Positions 58,231 through 64,000 of a stretch of 64,000 nucleotides of DNA are shown here, one piece after another. The DNA is taken from positions 1-64,000 of IMG/VR virus record IMGVR_UViG_3300028886_000035; one strand, written 5' to 3'. The DNA comes from a virus. Its lineage: Duplodnaviria; Caudoviricetes. A model generated the notes under the pieces. It did no database searches. It worked only from the letters and a program-made list of their open reading frames with translations, and was not told the origin of the DNA. The position numbers and the translations under genes are program-made. Position 1 is the first letter of the stretch. Each line of letters begins with the position of its first letter.

Positions 58231-58262
58231 AAAGGCTTTAGGAAAATTCCTAAAGCCTTTTT
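58229..58262. terminator. Bidirectional terminator between convergent genes
   Basis: AAAAAGGCTTTAGGAA/TTCCTAAAGCCTTTTT. Confidence 0.75.
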
Positions 58263-58264
58263 AA

Positions 58265-59806
58265 TTATTCTTCTTTATCTCCTAAAGATAATACATTTTC
58301 AAATTGCTTTTGTAATTCATCGGCAGTTATAGAAACATATCCATTAACTGTTGGGAGAACACCTGCAAAATAGCAAGACATATAAACACCTGCTGCTTTA
58401 TCCGTTCCTCTAAGTGATTTTTTAACCGTATCTGTCAAAGATAAATCATTTATTTTGTTATTTTTATTATATCTCTTAAATAATTCTAATGAATTAAATG
58501 CTTCTACAACACCTGGAGCATACCATTTAATTTTATGACTCTTTAATCCATCAAAAATTCTATCAATAATATTTTCTATTTGTTCTGTTTTTTCTACTGC
58601 CTTTTGTTGCAATTCATCTGCTGAAGAAAATCCATTTTTTATAGCGAACATATATGCTTGAACATCCCTATCAAATTCTTTGTTCTTAAACATATCTACG
58701 ATAGTATTATACATTTTATTGTATTCGTCACTACCATTTTCGATTTCTTTGTCATTCTTTAATTCATTTAATAAGAATTGTTTTGTTGCATCGTTTACCT
58801 TAGCATTTATTTGATTTCGTTTCATACCATCAACAAAACCCCATATCTTAGAGACAGGGAAACACTCATCTATATTCTTAGGTATATCTGCAACGTATTT
58901 ACATTTTTCAACTAATGCTTCAAATTTCTTATCTGCCGTTTGATTTAAATATGGATTACCTTGCTTATCTCCATTCCCACCAAATACTTTTCTTAATACG
59001 CCTTGGAAATTACCATCACCAACTTTGGGAACATTGTTACGACTTACATTGAATCCACGTTCTTTTTGTAATTTATCTTCTTCAATATCTAAATCTTCTT
59101 TATATTGTGGGTCAACTTTTAATTGTAAACTCTGATTGTCTACTATTTTAACAGTTTCATTTGTAGGCTTTAAATGCTTATCATTGGTAGTTCCTTCGTT
59201 ATTCAGTTTTTGAAATGTATATACTTTTACATCACCATAAACAAAAATATCTTTATAATCATCTTGAATATCTAAATTACTACGATAATATTTTTTTTCT
59301 TCCCCTTTTTCATCAGTTGCCTTATCAACATATTGAATATGGAATCCAATACCTTTTTTCGGATTATTAACATCTAATGGAACTAAATTTTTCTCTACTA
59401 TTTCCCAATTACTCCATCTTTTATGTTTTGATAATACATTTTGTACTTGTTCTATGGTGTTTGCTGTTAATTGCGGTAAACTTTTAACTTGACTCAAAAA
59501 TGGTTGTATATCATCCATACCTAATAATTGTGGTAAATTTCTAATGTCTACTTTTTCTATAGAAATTGGTTTAGAAGCCAAATATGTACTTCCAAAGTTT
59601 CCAGATAATGGTGTAAATCCTCCTTGCGAGACAATTGTATTTAACGCAATATAATCAGTTACATCATTATCTCCTTGTATCATAGGCATTGTTGATGTTT
59701 CAGACCATCTTCCCAATCTTTGAATCATAGCTAACACAACATTTTTCTGACGTTTTGGAAACATTGTATTAAGTTGTTTTAAAACAATATTCATACACTT
59801 ACACAA
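58265..59806 (-). CDS. Hypothetical protein (~510 aa)
   Basis: Long ORF with promoter motif upstream; no motif recognised. Confidence 0.6.
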   Translation of the reverse strand: MCKCMNIVLKQLNTMFPKRQKNVVLAMIQRLGRWSETSTMPMIQGDNDVTDYIALNTIVSQGGFTPLSGNFGSTYLASKPISIEKVDIRNLPQLLGMDDIQPFLSQVKSLPQLTANTIEQVQNVLSKHKRWSNWEIVEKNLVPLDVNNPKKGIGFHIQYVDKATDEKGEEKKYYRSNLDIQDDYKDIFVYGDVKVYTFQKLNNEGTTNDKHLKPTNETVKIVDNQSLQLKVDPQYKEDLDIEEDKLQKERGFNVSRNNVPKVGDGNFQGVLRKVFGGNGDKQGNPYLNQTADKKFEALVEKCKYVADIPKNIDECFPVSKIWGFVDGMKRNQINAKVNDATKQFLLNELKNDKEIENGSDEYNKMYNTIVDMFKNKEFDRDVQAYMFAIKNGFSSADELQQKAVEKTEQIENIIDRIFDGLKSHKIKWYAPGVVEAFNSLELFKRYNKNNKINDLSLTDTVKKSLRGTDKAAGVYMSCYFAGVLPTVNGYVSITADELQKQFENVLSLGDKEE

Positions 59807-60252
59807 CCTTTTTATATATAAAATGATATTTTTTCTATTTGTTCTAAATAAAAAATACGATAATACGTTTAAAACATTACCATAAAATAAAATCGTAGTA
59901 AATAGGGGTATACGAAATCCCTGACGATTTCAGGCGTTACTGTACACCAAATTATTTCAAGCACATCAATTCGTTTCTCTTGGCAAGCCAAGTATCACAA
60001 CTCCTATCAACAGTTGCGTCTATTTTATATCCCAAACTAGGTTGGAGAGCAACAATCTCTTGGAAGTTGTTCTCTCCTAGTTGGAGGTTTTTGTTTATGC
60101 TAATTTTTTGGTTTTTCTTTTCTTGGGTTTGATGTATTTGTCTATATAGCCTTGTCCCTTACGAGCAAATCACAAAACACTCTCCTTTTTTTCTTTCATT
60201 ATATCAAACAAAACTTCAACAAAAACGAAAAACCACCAGAAGGTGGCTTTTG

Positions 60253-61278
60253 TTAGAAAATAGATTTAATATTTTTTGCCATAGTATTCATAAAGAAATT
60301 ATTAATCTCCGTATAATTCGGTTCGTCTGGCAACGTGCTTTCTTTATAAGCACTTTTAAATTCTTTTTCTAATTCTTTCTGCAAAGCAAAAATTTCTTTA
60401 AAAGATTTCTCACCATTACGAATAGACATAAGTAACTCGTGTTCTGGTCGATAAGTTACAACCTCATGTTTTTTGAGAATGTCAATTCCCATAAGGTACA
60501 GCCTAATCAAGTGCATAGCGTGTTTTAAAAGATGTGGCTCATCTTTTTTACTATTACGCTTGTTTAATTTGCCATAGTTGCGTAACATATTGTTCATGCC
60601 AGCATTAATTCGTAAAAAATCTCTTAAAGGAATATGAGCAAGATTTATATCCAAGAAGATTTCTGTATCTAAATCTTCTTTTTTACTTTCATCGACAAAT
60701 AGATGGAGCTTATTATCTTCGCCATATCCTTTAAACAAATCTTTTGCCATAAACATTTCTGCTTCTAAAGATTTAAGAATATGTTTTTCTTTTTCAGCTT
60801 GTGGATATGAATCCCGTGCAAGCGCATTTTCAAGCCGTCTAAGTTGAGCCGTAGCATAGCCACCAAAAGTAGCATATGCCTTTTTAGAAAGAAATAACTC
60901 AAAATTATCCCTAAGATATTTAGAAGTTTCTGTTTGGAGAATAACATCTTCTTCTCTTGTACCTAACATTTCAATAACATTAGGATTACAATTCATCAAA
61001 AGAGAAAGAAACTTTTTTAAAGAATAAACAACAGTATCCGTTTCTTTGTTTTCAACTTCTTCTTTCTTTTCTTCTTTCAAAGAAAGAATGTCATCTGGTT
61101 TATTAAAATAAAAACCTCGAATATCTACATCGGAAGTTGGGGTGTTTGTACCATAAGCACGAGAACCTCCCAAAGTCAAATAACCGATATTGTTATTTAA
61201 ATTTTCATCCTCTCTTAGAAAACGATATTCTTTATGCTGAAATAAATCTTTATATTTCTTTTTAATTGTTTGCTCCAT
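60253..61278 (-). CDS. DNA polymerase beta-superfamily nucleotidyltransferase (RlaP/YcgL-like)
   Basis: GGSRAYGTNTPTSDVDIRG, NPNVIEML, KHAMHLIRL, LLMSIRNG, STLPDEP. Confidence 0.85.
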   Translation of the reverse strand: MEQTIKKKYKDLFQHKEYRFLREDENLNNNIGYLTLGGSRAYGTNTPTSDVDIRGFYFNKPDDILSLKEEKKEEVENKETDTVVYSLKKFLSLLMNCNPNVIEMLGTREEDVILQTETSKYLRDNFELFLSKKAYATFGGYATAQLRRLENALARDSYPQAEKEKHILKSLEAEMFMAKDLFKGYGEDNKLHLFVDESKKEDLDTEIFLDINLAHIPLRDFLRINAGMNNMLRNYGKLNKRNSKKDEPHLLKHAMHLIRLYLMGIDILKKHEVVTYRPEHELLMSIRNGEKSFKEIFALQKELEKEFKSAYKESTLPDEPNYTEINNFFMNTMAKNIKSIF

Positions 61279-61465
61279 AAATTAATCAAACTCCTTTCAA
61301 AAAAACAATTACGAAGCGTTGACAAGAATTTCAAATACATGAGATTATAAAGAATTATTAACAGAAAGAACTTCCAGATTCTCACTAGGAGTATTTTCAA
61401 TTTCCTCCATGTCTTTATTCAGAAAAAAAAATAGTATCTCCCGTTGCAACCGTGTTTATCCATTT

Positions 61466-61726
61466 TTAATCAAAATACACTCGTTCATAATTACGATATA
61501 ACTTGTTCAATTCATCATAATTATTACAGAAAATTTTTGGCTTATTTAATTCATATTCAAAATAATGTTCAATTTGTTTTTTCTCCCATGAAATATTATC
61601 ACCTTTCAAAGTAATATTTAATTCATGATTTGAATTAATACCTGTTAAATAATCAAATTCTTTTATTGATATATTCATTTTACCATCTAGCTGATTAATT
61701 GAACAAAAGAATATTTTATCTAGCAT
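61466..61726 (-). CDS. Hypothetical protein
   Basis: Overlaps the helicase stop. Confidence 0.5.
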   Translation of the reverse strand: MLDKIFFCSINQLDGKMNISIKEFDYLTGINSNHELNITLKGDNISWEKKQIEHYFEYELNKPKIFCNNYDELNKLYRNYERVYFD

Positions 61727-63449
61727 TCTTCATCCTGCTTTCATATTCTTCTACATCAAAATTGTTTACATTAACGATACGATTCTGAAACGATTTTGGT
61801 AACATATTTTTGTTATATCTCACAGTCGTTTCAAAAGCATTATCTAAAATATAAGTTACAGACCAATCTTTATCATTTCTTGTACTACGTCCACATTCCT
61901 GAATAAGATTACGTAGCATTTTGCACGTATACCATTTTTTATTTTTCTGCATTTTACGTTTTACACGTTCATCTGCAAGAGAAATGTATGGCAATTTAAC
62001 AATAATCTGAAATCTACTCAAATCATCATGCAAATCGACTCCTGCCATCAAAGAAGGACTAACCAAAACAGTTGGTTTATCAGAAGTGACATGATATTTA
62101 AGCAACGACTCATTAGATTCTCCCACTTCACGCACAACAAACCTATCACTATCAATAGCTTCTGTCAACTGTTTAGCAATATTATACGTAGAAGTATGAA
62201 TAATTCCTTTCTCATTTGGATGCATATCCATAATACGTTTTACTTCTTCAATTACATATGGCATAGTAGTTCCAATATTTTTATAATTCATAGAGCCAAT
62301 CGGGTCATATACAATTGGAGAATTTGCAGAAGAAAATGTACCGTCACGAGTAATAAAAGCCGTTTCGTTTGGAGTAATACCCATATCTTTACAGAAACCT
62401 ACTTTATCCAAAATAGTAGCAGACATAAAAACAACTTTTCTTTCTGCCCAACCATTAATCAACTTTTGAAATAAACCATCTACGTCAATTGGTTTAATAG
62501 ATAAAGTATTTTCTTTCACAGACATAATCCAATTATCTTTATTTTCGGAAAGAAAATACCCTTGAATTTTTTCATGCAAACGAAGAAGTTCTTCTTTTTT
62601 ATTTGCAAGTTTCATCAAATCCATATCTTCCAATTCGCTTAACTCATCTGCGGTCATTGTTGCACGATTCCCTGTTTTTACACATTGAATTTGCTTATCA
62701 ATAACCATCATTTTACGCATAATAATGCTATCAACCAAATGAACCCATTCAATATTCTTTTCATCTTCTCCATCTTTTAATTTTCTATTATAAAGACAAA
62801 GTTCTTTAAATCCTAATCCATGATTCGTTTTATAACGGTCATTCATTTTTTTAGAAGAAAGAGAAAAACCTGCACAATTAAGAAGCTGGTCCTCTAACAT
62901 ATGGCATTCATCAACAATAATCGCATTTCTCTTTGCAAATTTACCATGATAGTCTCCACCAGGCTGAAATTTACGAGAAATACGCAGAAAATAAGCATAC
63001 GATGTCACATACATTTCAGAACCTTCTGCTTCTTTTTTTGCATTATAATAAGGACATTCACCTGCCAAAGTACATTGCGTATAAATTCCTTTTGTAAATT
63101 TACATTCACCATTAGAACAAGGCATACCTTCATCACGAGAACACTCATAATTTACAGAACCTTTTACTGCCTTTGCTCCCATATTACCAAAGTCTTTAAT
63201 ATATTGGTCTTGAAGCTGTTTTGTTGCAGTAAGAAGATAACAATTCCCTTCCTTTTCAGAAATTGCTTTAGCAATAGCCGATTTTCCAATCCCTGTACCA
63301 GCTTCAATAACGATATAACGATACTTATTACCAAACGCATATATTTTATCCAATGACGAAAGAATATCCTTCTGCGCCGTTCTCACAGAGTTATATGGGA
63401 AATGTTCTGAAACAGTACCACCCTGCAACGTTTTATATGTTCCTGACAT
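61716..63449 (-). CDS. DinG/Rad3-like SF2 helicase with probable Fe-S Cys cluster
   Basis: EAGTGIGKS, TKQLQDQY, Cys cluster ending CPYY, DECH, MSAT, GVDL, QECGRSTRN.DW. Confidence 0.85.
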   Translation of the reverse strand: MSGTYKTLQGGTVSEHFPYNSVRTAQKDILSSLDKIYAFGNKYRYIVIEAGTGIGKSAIAKAISEKEGNCYLLTATKQLQDQYIKDFGNMGAKAVKGSVNYECSRDEGMPCSNGECKFTKGIYTQCTLAGECPYYNAKKEAEGSEMYVTSYAYFLRISRKFQPGGDYHGKFAKRNAIIVDECHMLEDQLLNCAGFSLSSKKMNDRYKTNHGLGFKELCLYNRKLKDGEDEKNIEWVHLVDSIIMRKMMVIDKQIQCVKTGNRATMTADELSELEDMDLMKLANKKEELLRLHEKIQGYFLSENKDNWIMSVKENTLSIKPIDVDGLFQKLINGWAERKVVFMSATILDKVGFCKDMGITPNETAFITRDGTFSSANSPIVYDPIGSMNYKNIGTTMPYVIEEVKRIMDMHPNEKGIIHTSTYNIAKQLTEAIDSDRFVVREVGESNESLLKYHVTSDKPTVLVSPSLMAGVDLHDDLSRFQIIVKLPYISLADERVKRKMQKNKKWYTCKMLRNLIQECGRSTRNDKDWSVTYILDNAFETTVRYNKNMLPKSFQNRIVNVNNFDVEEYESRMKNAR

Positions 63450-63495
63450 AATATGAACCTCTTTCTTTTATCTCTACACGATTTTCTATACTCTT

Positions 63496-63523
63496 ATTAT
63501 ATCATTTACATAAATTTTGTCAA
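63496..63523 (-). promoter_or_regulatory. Host sigmaA-type promoter for the helicase operon
   Basis: TTGACA-16 nt-TATAAT with extended -10 (TGn). Confidence 0.7.
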
Positions 63524-63540
63524 CACTTTTTTTAAATTTT

Positions 63541-63963
63541 TTAATATCCATATTTCTGTCTCAAAATATTTTCCACATTTTTATTTACATAAATTGTTCT
63601 AATTTCTTTTTCGTCCATTGTTAAAACACACAAATTAATAAATTCATGAAATACTACTGCATAAGCATCATATAATTTTTCATAATTAATAGTATCACTA
63701 GGTTTTTTCCAATGTTTCCATGAAATTTGCTGACGAACTAACGCACAAGCATCAGACAAACGGCAACTAGCCTTTAAAACAGTAATATCATGTGTTCTAT
63801 CAACAAATGAATTTAAATATTTTGGTAATGTAATAGATTGTCTATCATACGCTTCTTCAAACAAATCTACATTACTATATGTCCACCCAACATTATACAT
63901 ATCATTATAATGTTTCTTAATAATATTTTTATCTGCATTACCAACAATAAATAATTCCATCAT
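63541..63963 (-). CDS. Hypothetical protein (start may lie beyond the window end)
   Basis: ORF track; no clear SD before 63963. Confidence 0.5.
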   Translation of the reverse strand: MMELFIVGNADKNIIKKHYNDMYNVGWTYSNVDLFEEAYDRQSITLPKYLNSFVDRTHDITVLKASCRLSDACALVRQQISWKHWKKPSDTINYEKLYDAYAVVFHEFINLCVLTMDEKEIRTIYVNKNVENILRQKYGY

Positions 63964-64000
63964 AAAATGAAGAATATCAATTACTTCTTTCTTTAATTCT

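Noticed and set aside
59895-60170. tmRNA or hammerhead ribozyme (start-less Ala...LA* frame; CTGACGA near GAAA)
   Set aside because: No tRNA-like acceptor/T-arm ending in CCA, and the hammerhead core elements are not separated by the required stems.
61309-61463. Possible small gene between the 86-aa ORF and the nucleotidyltransferase
   Set aside because: The frame is broken near a 9-nt homopolymer and by an internal TAA; at best a remnant with no assignable function.
1-64000. Stop-codon recoding as in some gut jumbo phages
   Set aside because: The standard code gives dense, full-length genes, with TAA, TAG and TGA all used at natural gene ends.

Overview
AT-rich, gene-dense segment of a large (probably jumbo) contractile-tailed phage, most likely infecting a Bacillota host (sigma-A promoters, strong SD sites, IS605). 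Almost all genes are on the minus strand. In transcription order (right to left): DinG-like helicase and Pol-beta nucleotidyltransferase; a ~15 kb enzyme cluster (5 radical-SAM enzymes, 5 glycosyltransferase-type genes, a carbamoyltransferase, an SGNH/CitC-like fusion) around a protein with a Cys-rich C-terminus; head/neck-associated genes; tail terminator, sheath and two tube paralogues; an accessory insert (broken HNH-type endonuclease carrying a precisely definable IS605 tnpA/tnpB element, ImmA-like gene, CmoA-like carboxy-SAM synthase, and a C5 cytosine methyltransferase with Asn->Arg in motif X); then three paralogous ~1900-aa tape-measure-like proteins and two paralogous tail chaperones. 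The third tape-measure gene (<3..5474) is missing from the ORF track because it runs off the window. A phage-specific promoter-like motif, TATTT-N6-TAGA, precedes about a dozen genes. Best candidates for new biology: (1) a CmoA + Arg-variant MTase pair predicted to carboxymethylate DNA cytosine; (2) a heteromeric triple tape measure with different cell-wall hydrolase payloads; (3) a radical-SAM/glycosylation/carbamoylation pathway that probably decorates a virion protein. All calls come from reading motifs by eye; no database searches were run.
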